Shown here in pieces: positions 19,459-29,600 of a stretch of 64,000 nucleotides of DNA (the first letter of the stretch is position 1; each line of letters begins with the position of its first letter). Origin of the DNA: a virus; the IMG/VR virus record IMGVR_UViG_3300048838_000628, positions 18,024-82,023 of that record; one strand, 5' to 3'. The notes beneath the pieces are model-generated. The model was not told where the DNA came from, did not search any database, and worked only from the letters and a program-made list of their open reading frames with translations. A program made the translations under genes and the position numbers.

Positions 19459-20637
19459 TTACTCCCAATCCCAAACCATAGTCGTGCAAGTAATTGAGTT
19501 GTTTGTACTAGCGGCATTCCATACAACTCTTACGTCCATCGTGTTACTCGTAGTTGTATTTATTGTCGTATCACACTTTAAAGCTCTCTCTAACGATGTG
19601 ATAGTACCAGCGTTTGTATATGACAGAATACCGGCTCCCTTAATGCTTCCAGATGCGCCAGTTGTACGTAGAATAAATACGGCTTCAATATACCACGAGT
19701 TATCTGTTCCTGCGGCACTTGTAAGAGTTACGGGGGCAGAAACAAGTGTTGTTCCACCATAACGTATCTGTATTGTGATTGTTCTATCAGTGTGCGTTGC
19801 AGTATAATAACCGCCAGCTTTTAATCTAAGAACTTGACTTTCTACTAGATAGTTGGCAACAAATGTCATGTTCGAGTAGTAAAAGCCGCTTGTATCAACA
19901 ATGCTTGTTGCAGTTACAGTGTTAGTAACAGTCATATCATTAAGCGAATTGTACATCAAACCCTTTTGACGTATTGTGGTGTTTGTGTTTCTTGACCACA
20001 TTGAGTTATTCTGAAAGAACAGATCGCCACCAGTAGTACCACTTGGAATACCGTCTGCGCGCTTAACAATGTTCAAGCCTTTTTGAGCATATATGGTCAT
20101 CGCTGTTTCATAACCAGTATCGCCCGTTGGCGTTGTTGAGAACAACAAAGATGCGCCAGTAGTCGTGTTTGTCCAAGCTTCAGTTGTAGTTGCTCGTATT
20201 AATGCAGCAGAAGTAAGTGTAGAACTATCTGCTGTTCCTGAAAAGAAAATGTTCCCAAGATCATGATTAATACTTACTCCACTAACAGTAATAAAATCAG
20301 CACCATGAAACTTCCTTAAATTAATATTAGGTGCCGTATTGGTAGTTGCAGCATAACTGTTTACAACAGAGTTATTAAAGAAAGCATTATTGGGTGTTGT
20401 AGAACCAATAACACTAGGCGCGCCCCAATTAACTCTAGCGTTATCTAAAACGCCTGTCTGTATATGGGCTGCGTCCAATAGAATAAAACTAGGAACAGCA
20501 GCACTTGAGGCAACACCAAAGACTTTATAAGCATCTTGAGATGTAAAGTCAAATGTAGAACCGTTTACCGCGTCTTTCAAACTATAAAGCCATAAGCGAA
20601 TGTTGCAAAGATCGCTAGGTGGATCACTAATTGGCAT
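19459..20637 (-). CDS. tail fibre / receptor-binding protein 2
   Basis: T/S/G-rich beta-type composition; N-terminus paralogous to fibre 1. Confidence 0.75.
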   Translation of the reverse strand: MPISDPPSDLCNIRLWLYSLKDAVNGSTFDFTSQDAYKVFGVASSAAVPSFILLDAAHIQTGVLDNARVNWGAPSVIGSTTPNNAFFNNSVVNSYAATTNTAPNINLRKFHGADFITVSGVSINHDLGNIFFSGTADSSTLTSAALIRATTTEAWTNTTTGASLLFSTTPTGDTGYETAMTIYAQKGLNIVKRADGIPSGTTGGDLFFQNNSMWSRNTNTTIRQKGLMYNSLNDMTVTNTVTATSIVDTSGFYYSNMTFVANYLVESQVLRLKAGGYYTATHTDRTITIQIRYGGTTLVSAPVTLTSAAGTDNSWYIEAVFILRTTGASGSIKGAGILSYTNAGTITSLERALKCDTTINTTTSNTMDVRVVWNAASTNNSITCTTMVWDWE

Positions 20638-20645
20638 TTTGCCTC

Positions 20646-22451
20646 CTAAACTTCAAATACTACGATAGCGGTTAGATCAAGCGTATCGCTTGTAGTCCAA
20701 CTGCCGCCAGACGGTCTAACAGCTATTTCAAATGTTGCTCCAGCAGTTGTAGGAACAACTACAAAATTTGCAATGTAACGACCGTTATTAACTGTTTTAA
20801 TTCCGTTCTGCGTGTCAATAATAAAATCGTTCTCTTTATAGAACTGTTCAATATAACCAGAACTTGTAAGATTGTGTACAACACTCTTACCATCAAGATC
20901 AAGAGCAAAATAAGCTACAACACTTGCACCTGTAGGAATTGGTCTAATATCACCAAGAAGCCAATCAGCAGTTTTGTTAACAGTAAACTTATACCAATCA
21001 AAACCGCCAGAATTATAATTATTTGCCGTACTTAACGGTATGTTGTAACTGTAATAACCGATGTTGTGCATCGGTGAAGTAACAAGGAAATATTCACCAC
21101 TTTCCCGCAACTGCCTACCAAGAGAAATCAAAATCTTTTCTTGTGAAGCATCTCGTTTAAAATCGTTTGTCGATTGCAAAACATAACTTATATTTCGTTC
21201 TTCTTGAGAGATGCTCATAGTGTATGATTTAATATAATAAGTAGCGTTGTTTAAAGAGAACGCTTCTATTTTCTTTGTATTTGCTTGCCCGGTCATTGCA
21301 TTGTATTTACTCATAAAATGAGAATAAGCTAGTTCGACTGTGTTCCCCGGCATAATATCTGTTGAAAATTCTGAACTACTAATTTCAATTTCAGTATCGC
21401 CTTGAGATTCTTTTATCTCTGTGATACCTTTGCCGTACACTGTGTCACCGGCCTGTTGTCTTTCTGTAGCAGTTGGGTTTTCTAAAGTATCGGGTTGTAT
21501 CTCTTTATAATAGAAAGTCAAGTATTTCTGGTCATAATCAAAATTAGTTACAGAGCTTTCGTAAGTAAAATTATTTGGAGCATCAATAATATAAGGCGAA
21601 ATAATACTGCCATATGTACTCTTATCGCTTGCCATAACAATTTGTGGCGTGGTGGCTGGTGTACCTGTTTTATATTCCCAACCGTAGCCATAAAAGCCCG
21701 TTGCCCTTGGCTCATTTGGAATGCGAATATTAAACTCATCTATGTTCTTTTCGTTGTATTGTAGACCGGTTGATTCGTTAAATACTCCACACTCAATTGA
21801 GTGAACAACAGCAAATAATCCGCCACCATAGTGTACGAGTTTGTTACCTCCATATCTGAAATAAAACTTTGGCACGCTTTCAGATATTTTCTGCAACTGT
21901 GCTAAAATGCTTTTCTCATCTCGCAAATCAATTCTTGTTGCAGTTGATTTAGAAAATATACTATGAAACCTAGTTATTTCCCAATAAGCATATTGATTAT
22001 TTCCGGTTGTTGGGCCGGGGATAGAGATATTCTTTAATATTGAATAGAAGCCCGCTAATGCCGTTTTATTGTTAACAATTGTGTTAGGAACGGCAGCGGT
22101 GTAATTGAGCAAATAAAGCATATCGTTACAATCAAAGGTTATTTGTCCATCAAGAATGTTGATATTTGTTTCGTATAACATTCCAGTAACAATAATTTTG
22201 CCATCTTCTTCAACTTCAACATAATAGTTCTTATTTTTAACGATAGGAAAGTCGTTCATAAAGTTGAAGTTGTTTACGTTTGTTGTTACTTTAAACGTAG
22301 TAAGCTCAACTATACTACGGCTAATCTCTACGCTATCTGCCAAAAATTCAAGAACCGGAGAAGCGTGTGATAAAATCTCAAAATTTATAGAGACATAACC
22401 ACCACTACTTGAAAGTCGATTTACGCCTTCATAAATAGATGTTTTAATCAT
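20646..22451 (-). CDS. tail tip / baseplate hub (Tal-like) protein
   Basis: Second gene after the tape measure; size and beta-rich composition. Confidence 0.65.
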   Translation of the reverse strand: MIKTSIYEGVNRLSSSGGYVSINFEILSHASPVLEFLADSVEISRSIVELTTFKVTTNVNNFNFMNDFPIVKNKNYYVEVEEDGKIIVTGMLYETNINILDGQITFDCNDMLYLLNYTAAVPNTIVNNKTALAGFYSILKNISIPGPTTGNNQYAYWEITRFHSIFSKSTATRIDLRDEKSILAQLQKISESVPKFYFRYGGNKLVHYGGGLFAVVHSIECGVFNESTGLQYNEKNIDEFNIRIPNEPRATGFYGYGWEYKTGTPATTPQIVMASDKSTYGSIISPYIIDAPNNFTYESSVTNFDYDQKYLTFYYKEIQPDTLENPTATERQQAGDTVYGKGITEIKESQGDTEIEISSSEFSTDIMPGNTVELAYSHFMSKYNAMTGQANTKKIEAFSLNNATYYIKSYTMSISQEERNISYVLQSTNDFKRDASQEKILISLGRQLRESGEYFLVTSPMHNIGYYSYNIPLSTANNYNSGGFDWYKFTVNKTADWLLGDIRPIPTGASVVAYFALDLDGKSVVHNLTSSGYIEQFYKENDFIIDTQNGIKTVNNGRYIANFVVVPTTAGATFEIAVRPSGGSWTTSDTLDLTAIVVFEV

Positions 22452-23653
22452 TAGTAAACCCTATGTAAGTGCAAAGCACCAACTTCGTTAGTTGGCCATG
22501 CTAAAGTAAAGGATATGTCTACTTTATTTCTAATTCCTATTAGTTCTCCGGGGCATCTTGTTGAGAAATCCCATTTAGGGATAAATAATTCGTTAGTACG
22601 ACTATCATAAACAGGATAGCCATCTTTAATCATAAAACTATGAGGATAGACATCGTTTTGCGAATATAGTACTATGTCCGTTGACAATCCTGTAGCTGCC
22701 AATCCAACGCTATTTGCTACACCATAAGACCTAAGGTTATCATCTAAATATTCTAGGTTTAAAGTGCTTGTAGTTGCTATAATATTAAATGGCGAATATT
22801 CTGAATTAACCGTGATAACCAAATCATGCCCTGTGCCAAATTCTATATGGCCAAAAGCGTGTAAGGTTCTTACAGAGCCAGAATGTGGCGAACTAACAGT
22901 ATAGCTTCTCATAAGAGAGCTTGTGCTTAAGCTCTGTGCATACACAAATGAACTATCGTTCCAGTCATCCCAATAGGCCGTATCGTAAAGTAAAAAGCTA
23001 TTAACAAAACGACGTTTAACCCAAACAAATTCAGGTTCATAATGAAATGGCGCTACTTGACAAGGATGATGTATTAGATTAGTAACACCAACAACCTTCT
23101 CTTGAACGCCTAGGGTAATGTCTAACGGCGTCCCATTTTCTTCTAGTTCAAAAACATTTGGGATAACATCTCCATAAATTGGGATATAAAGATACTTATT
23201 CAAAGGCTCCCAATATGGGTTTGCTTCTAATTCAAAAGATATTTCTAATGACGCTAAAGGATCAGAAACGCTTTCGTCTAGCGTATAAGTTCTTTCAACA
23301 GAGCTAATGCGCCCATAAGTATGATACCAACGAACGCATTCGCTCACTCCGCAACAAATACTGCAAGAAGAACCGACCTCACAGCAAGCATTAGGCAGAT
23401 ACCCTATAATATCAATATAGGGCCTGCCACCGTTTCGCATTAAATCTACTAGCTGTCTAGACGCCGTGTTGCCCCTGTGTGCTGCTATTGTTCCAGAAAC
23501 GCTATAGCTAGCAATCTCTGGTAGGGGATATAGAGAGTTATAAAATACAGTAGAACTGAACTCGTTCTGCAAACCCTCGTTCTTCCATTCCACAGGCGTG
23601 CTGTGTTCAGCAAATCCGCGTATTACAACATCACCTACCTGATAGATAAACAT
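22451..23653 (-). CDS. distal tail (Dit-like) protein with Cys cluster
   Basis: Directly after the tape measure; FELEANPYW motif; CCEVGSSCSICCGVSEC. Confidence 0.65.
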   Translation of the reverse strand: MFIYQVGDVVIRGFAEHSTPVEWKNEGLQNEFSSTVFYNSLYPLPEIASYSVSGTIAAHRGNTASRQLVDLMRNGGRPYIDIIGYLPNACCEVGSSCSICCGVSECVRWYHTYGRISSVERTYTLDESVSDPLASLEISFELEANPYWEPLNKYLYIPIYGDVIPNVFELEENGTPLDITLGVQEKVVGVTNLIHHPCQVAPFHYEPEFVWVKRRFVNSFLLYDTAYWDDWNDSSFVYAQSLSTSSLMRSYTVSSPHSGSVRTLHAFGHIEFGTGHDLVITVNSEYSPFNIIATTSTLNLEYLDDNLRSYGVANSVGLAATGLSTDIVLYSQNDVYPHSFMIKDGYPVYDSRTNELFIPKWDFSTRCPGELIGIRNKVDISFTLAWPTNEVGALHLHRVY

Positions 23654-26600
23654 TAAACCCCCGATGCACCAGAAAGCTTCAAAGTTCTAAAAGTCTCTCT
23701 TGCTTTGCGCTTTTCCATCTTCTTTACAACAGCCTCGGCCACAGCTTCAGGACTACCAGCCCCATTTACCGTTATATACGTGTCACCTTCGTTGATATTC
23801 ATACTACTCATACCAACACCGGCAGCAGCGTTTATCTCACGTGTACGGCCCGCAGGAGAGTAAATTTGACCATTCTCGTTGGAGATTAAATAGGTCTTGC
23901 CCTTGCTAGTCCGATACGTTTCAAACGGTAACCCGTTTTCGAGAACCTCATATTTACCACCAGCGCGAACACCACCACCATAGAAACTTGTACCATCTGT
24001 TGGTTGAATGCCCTCGCCTGGTCCCAATCCTACATTAGAGTTCAAGAACGCAACCTTCATACGCGCTAATGACAGAATTGCATCTTCGATCTTATCAATA
24101 AATAGGTCGAGTTCGCTACGAGCAACTATAAGGTTTAATTTAAGTATTGTTGTAGCAATAGTAAATGTAGAACTAAAGACTACAAGGTTTAGAATAATTT
24201 GCGATAGTGCAATCGTAACCTTGTTTGCCATTATAGCGGTCATGACTGAAATAGTTTCAAGTTCGCCAACAACTTTATCGACAGATTTTTTAAGGTCGCT
24301 AACGTTGTCATCAATGCCTTTTTGTAGACCTTCAATGATATTTTCGCCAACGGTTTCATATACAGTTGAAGGAGATTTAATACCAAGAGCATTTTTAGTG
24401 CCTTCGTCTAGATATTGTCCAATCCCTTTACCGACATTTTGCAGTCTTGTTGTATTTTCACTTGTTATTAATCCAAGTTCTAAGCCTTCAAGAATACCAT
24501 TTAAGTAATCATTGCTAAGAGCGCGAGTATATTGATTTTCGGGATCATAAAGCGAACTTATAAACCCCCTAGCAATACTCTTTGCATCTTCATCACTAAT
24601 AGCATCTTCTTGATTGTGTAATAATCCGTTAATTATGCTCGTATAAAGATCGGCTCCAGCTTGTGGCCCAAGCAGATCATAAATCGGTCCCATGCTAGAT
24701 TGTAGTTCTGCCACAACACCGTTTATTTCCGATTGTTCTAATGGGCGAAGATTGCCAGATGCTAAAATACTCAACATATTAAAGCCAGCAAATTCTTCTG
24801 TGGCCATTAACTGATTTACTAAAGCATCGCTTTCATTTAATGTAGCAAGATCATCAACAACTCTAGTCTGTAAATCAGCTTTTGTTGTTTCACTAAGCCC
24901 AGTATCTTGAGCAACAGCGCCTTTTATAAAGCTATCTATTAATCCAGTTACGCCCTCTATTGTCAAGAAGCCGCTTATATTTTCTTGATCCAAACCAAGC
25001 TCCCCAAGAGCAACATTTCTTAGCAATGCTTCTTTTAGATTTGTTGGCATATTCTTTAAGAACGGCAAATTAGCAAGCTGTTCGGTTGTAAATTGCGTTT
25101 CTGGATCAATACCAAGCATTCTGAAAACGTTAAATGCATCATTAGCGCTATCGGCGTCACCAGAAGTAAGTAAAGTATTGATTGCGGCATAGCGTAAGCG
25201 TTCTTTAGCTTCTGCACTTAAGGTATAATTTTCTGGATTGCTTAACGCGTCCCTGAACGATGTAGCAACCAGCTTACCAAATGAATTAGTAAACCCAAAC
25301 GTACTATCAAGCTCAAGAGTAGAAAATTTGAACTGCTCTCCAAAAGCCAATCCACCTATTAATTTATCTCGTTCTAATTGAAATGGGCGCTCTTTATTGG
25401 GATCAAGCTCGTTAAATATTTGTAGGTCTAAAGCAGCAATCTTAATACGAGTAATAATGGTATCAATGATTGCAATAATGCCTCGCAAAGAGTTTTCAGC
25501 TTGTATTCTAAATACGCTAGCTGGCCCAAGGCCAATAGCCTCCATGACATTAAATGTAGAATTTGCTATACTACCAAAGAACGCCTGTAGAGCATCCCAT
25601 ATGCCCTCTAGCGCCTTGTCAGCGTTCGCTTGAACCTTGTCTTTATCGCCCTCTATTAAACCTTCGATAACGCCAAATGCACCCGATGTAGCGGTTAGTA
25701 GAGAGGGTAGGGCTTCGGCAATACCGCCAATAAGCAATTGCAAACCAGCAAATCTAGCAACTGTCATAACCATTGACGCTACTTTTATTCTGTTCATAAA
25801 TGCTATAAAAACAGCACCTATTTTTAGTAGCGAGTTAATATCGTCAGAAGTGAATTCTTCTGTCAAAACGTTAAATGTTTTACCAATATTTTCGATTAAC
25901 GGTAGTATAAACGTCTTAAGTTCTAACAAAGCAACGCTACCAACAAGCAATGCTGCGCCAGCAACAATATCGTTTATGAACTTCAATATACCAGACACAA
26001 ACGTGGTTATGCTTGTAAAATCTATTCTGTTGATTTCATCAATTATGTCTTTAACGTCTTCTATTAAAGCGTTAAAATAACTAACAAATGGATTACTGCC
26101 AGATTTTGCAGAACTTGGCATAATGCTGTCGTTTTCCATAATACCAACACCGGCTTTTAAACCGTTTGCGGCATTTTTATCCGGGTTCATTATTTCGCCA
26201 ACAGCTGCTAGGGCAAGATTAATCTGTTCACCAATATAACCAACAGCTTTGACGATCTCATTGCCAATTTCTGTTTTTTCTAATTCTGTTCTAAGATTAA
26301 AAACATCGTTTTCAATAGCCATAGCCAACATGTTAGATACAAAAGCTATAGCGCCAAACGGAAAACCAAACACAAGAGCTAAACCAGCGGTTATGCCAGA
26401 GCGAACAAAATTATCGACATTAGTCTCTAAGAAGGTTTTTGCTTCGGTATAATCGCCATTTGCAATATCCGTAAGAACTCTGCGTATATTAAGTATTGCA
26501 AGGTCTATACTTTCGCTCATATTTTCTGGTTTACCGATTTCTTTGATGCGTTTTTCTAGTTCTTCGTTAAACCCAAAAAGGCTTCTCGTTATTGTCTTTG

Positions 26601-29600
26601 TTGGCATTCCAAATTGGTTATCTGTTAAACCGCCAGATTGTGCGAAAGCGTATTCTTCTTCTGGAGTGCCAAGATTTATTTCACGTTCACCAAAACCAAA
26701 CTGATTAAGACCGCTACTAAGCAAAGTCTGTAAAGCGCCAACAGGAACAAGAAGTGCTGTTCTAAAAGCTTCTTTCCAGTCTTTGTTTTTAATGTCGTCA
26801 ATTAGTTCACTAATACGTCTTGTAAAAGGATTTTCTGTTATTTCTATTCCAAGAGTCGTTAGAACCGATTTAAAGTTCTCTTTAAGGTTTCCAACAGCTA
26901 TTGCTAGTTCATCAGAACCTTGCTTTGTTTCGCCACTAAATAGTAGACCAATAGCTTTCCTGGAATCAGCGAAGTCTTTGTTTAGCCCGCGCAAGTCGTT
27001 TCTTAAATCTGTTATTTGGTCAACTGTAAGATTCTTACCAAACACTTTAGCTGCACCAGCGAATCTTTTTGTCGTCTTTTCACTATCGGTCATTTGGTCT
27101 TCAAGGCGCTTCATTTCTTCATATTGATCTTGGAGCATATCGGAAACATCTTCGCCTTCAGAATTATATTTAGACCAAATCTTTATTGTATCACCGTAGT
27201 GATATACGCTATCTTTAGTAAGACCGTTCCACTCTCTTAGCTGGTCTACAGAAACACCATAACGCTGTGCAATTCCCCAAAGACTATCGCCTTGAGCAAG
27301 AACAAGTTCTTGATACATGCCAAGCGCAGGATCGTATAACGTCTTTAGTCTGTCAAGCTCTGGATTTGTTTTTCTTGGCCCGCTTTCACCAGCAGCGCCG
27401 CCAGTTGGCCCGCTACCAAAAGTATTATCTATTAACGCTTTTAGTTCATCAATTGGTGTTCTAATTAAACGGATAGATTCAACAAAACCGCTTAAGAAAA
27501 CATTTACTCTTTGTATGGCATTACCGATTGCATCTGCAAGAAACTTAACCAATGGAGCAAATATATTGCCAATTGTTATTTTAAGATCATACATACGGTT
27601 CTTAAGTCTCTGAATAGAAGCGTCCGTAGTTTCATTACGGATACGTGCCTCATTCATAAGAGCATTATTTTCACGCCAACCATCGTTACCGACTTCAACG
27701 GCTTTATTAACCAACTCGTTAGCGTTACCAAGACGACGCAACATGTCAGAAACACGAATACCGTCTAAGCCAAGCTGATCGAACAAAACAACCTGTTCCT
27801 CAAGAGGGTATTTAGAAAAGCCCTCAAGCATATCCAAAAGAAACTCCGCCGGTTTTTGTTTCTGCAACTCTTTTAATTCAGCACCAGTCATTCCGGCAGC
27901 TTTAGCAAATAACTCAAGTTCTGTTCCACCTTTAGCTAAAGCGTTAATGCTTTTCTGCATAAACTGGCTAAAAGCTGTACCGGCTGCTTCAGGGTTAAGA
28001 CCGACCGATTCCATAGCAGCAGAGAACGAAAGAATCTCCGGCACAGAAAGACCGAACGAGACACCGACACCGGCAATGCGATTTGACATTTCAGCAATAC
28101 CGCTTTCAGTAGCGGCAAACTGATTGCCAAGCGTAACCATTGTACTGGCAACTTTATCAAAATCTTTACTTCCAGTAATGGCCGAAAACTGTCCAAGGAA
28201 CGTAGCTGCTTCTTCGCCACCAAGATTAGTGGCAATTGTCATAGCACCGACGGTTTGAGTAAACTTTTCCATCAATTCAATAGGTATACCAAGCGTACCA
28301 GCAACTTCAGCGATCTCAAGAATAGTTTTTGAAGCATCTGATAGACCAGATAAAACACTATCATTGCCAGTCGCCATATCTCTAAATTGTTGTGTTAATG
28401 TGGCCTGTACTTCTTTTTTAGTTTCTTCTGGTATTTCAATTGTTTTGAAAACCTGCGCTAAACCTTTTTCAAATTCAATTGCCGTTCCAGCAAAAACAGA
28501 GCCTAGTCCACCAACAAACATTCTAAGATCATTTATTGCAAAACGTAAGCGATTGCTTATTTGTTTAAATATACCGCCTATTGCATCACCGGCTTTTCTA
28601 AAAGGGAAAGTTATAATATTGGCGATATTAGAGAAAATTGATTTAGTAGTGTTTACAACACCTTTAAATGCGTTTATAACTGTTTTTGCTAAAAACTCTA
28701 CAACAGCCTTGATTTTACTAAAACCAGATTTCAAGCCTTCAACAATATTTTCACCAAAGCGCTTAAAAACGGCACTAGGGGAGCGAATTCCCCATGAGAA
28801 TTTGGCACCACGATTTACTTCGTTACCAAAATCTTTACCAAGGTTAAAGCCTGCACGTTTATCAAATCCGCCAGCTTTCATGCCTTTGGATAATTGCTTA
28901 ACAGAATTAGCAAAACCTTTAAAGTTTATATCTTTCATATTAACGCCAGATAACTTTTCTAGCGTTTTTGCAATAGCAAGGATTGATTCAGAGAAAGAGC
29001 GAAATTTATCTACTGTATTTTTATTAACGCTGCCAATATCTTTCATAATAGCTTTAAAGCCACCAAAAGGTAGTAAGGGTATGCCATTAAGCATTCTGCG
29101 TATAGTTCCAAGACTTTTTATAACAGTTTCTACGCTAACGCCTTCATCAATACGAGCAAGAACGCGAAATACCTTGCCTATATTTACGACAGCTTCAGCA
29201 AAACTTGAAAACTTTTTAATGTCATCTGATTTAAAACCAGATATACTCTTAACAATGCCCTTGAAGCCGCCAATGTTGAACAAACCTGTAGCACTAAGCA
29301 TTCTGCGTATTTTGTTTAAGTTTTCAACAATATTTTCTGTGCTTAAATCTCTTGAGTCCACAGAAAGCGATCTAAAGGCTTTGATAATACCAAGCATACC
29401 CTCTGTAAATCCACGTACCTTTTCTACTTGCTGAATAGATACGCCACCTTCGTTTTTCTTAAATATATTAAAACTAAAGCTTTTAAAGCCGTCTAGTTTT
29501 TTAAACAGTTTCGACATACTTTCAAGCATATAAAGCGATTCAACCAAAAAAGAGTTTAACTGTTTAGAAGCATTTTGTATATTTAGCTTTTCAACACTTT

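Noticed and set aside
17653-20637. Diversity-generating retroelement acting on the fibres
   Set aside because: No reverse transcriptase; repeat differences are synonymous and not adenine-specific.
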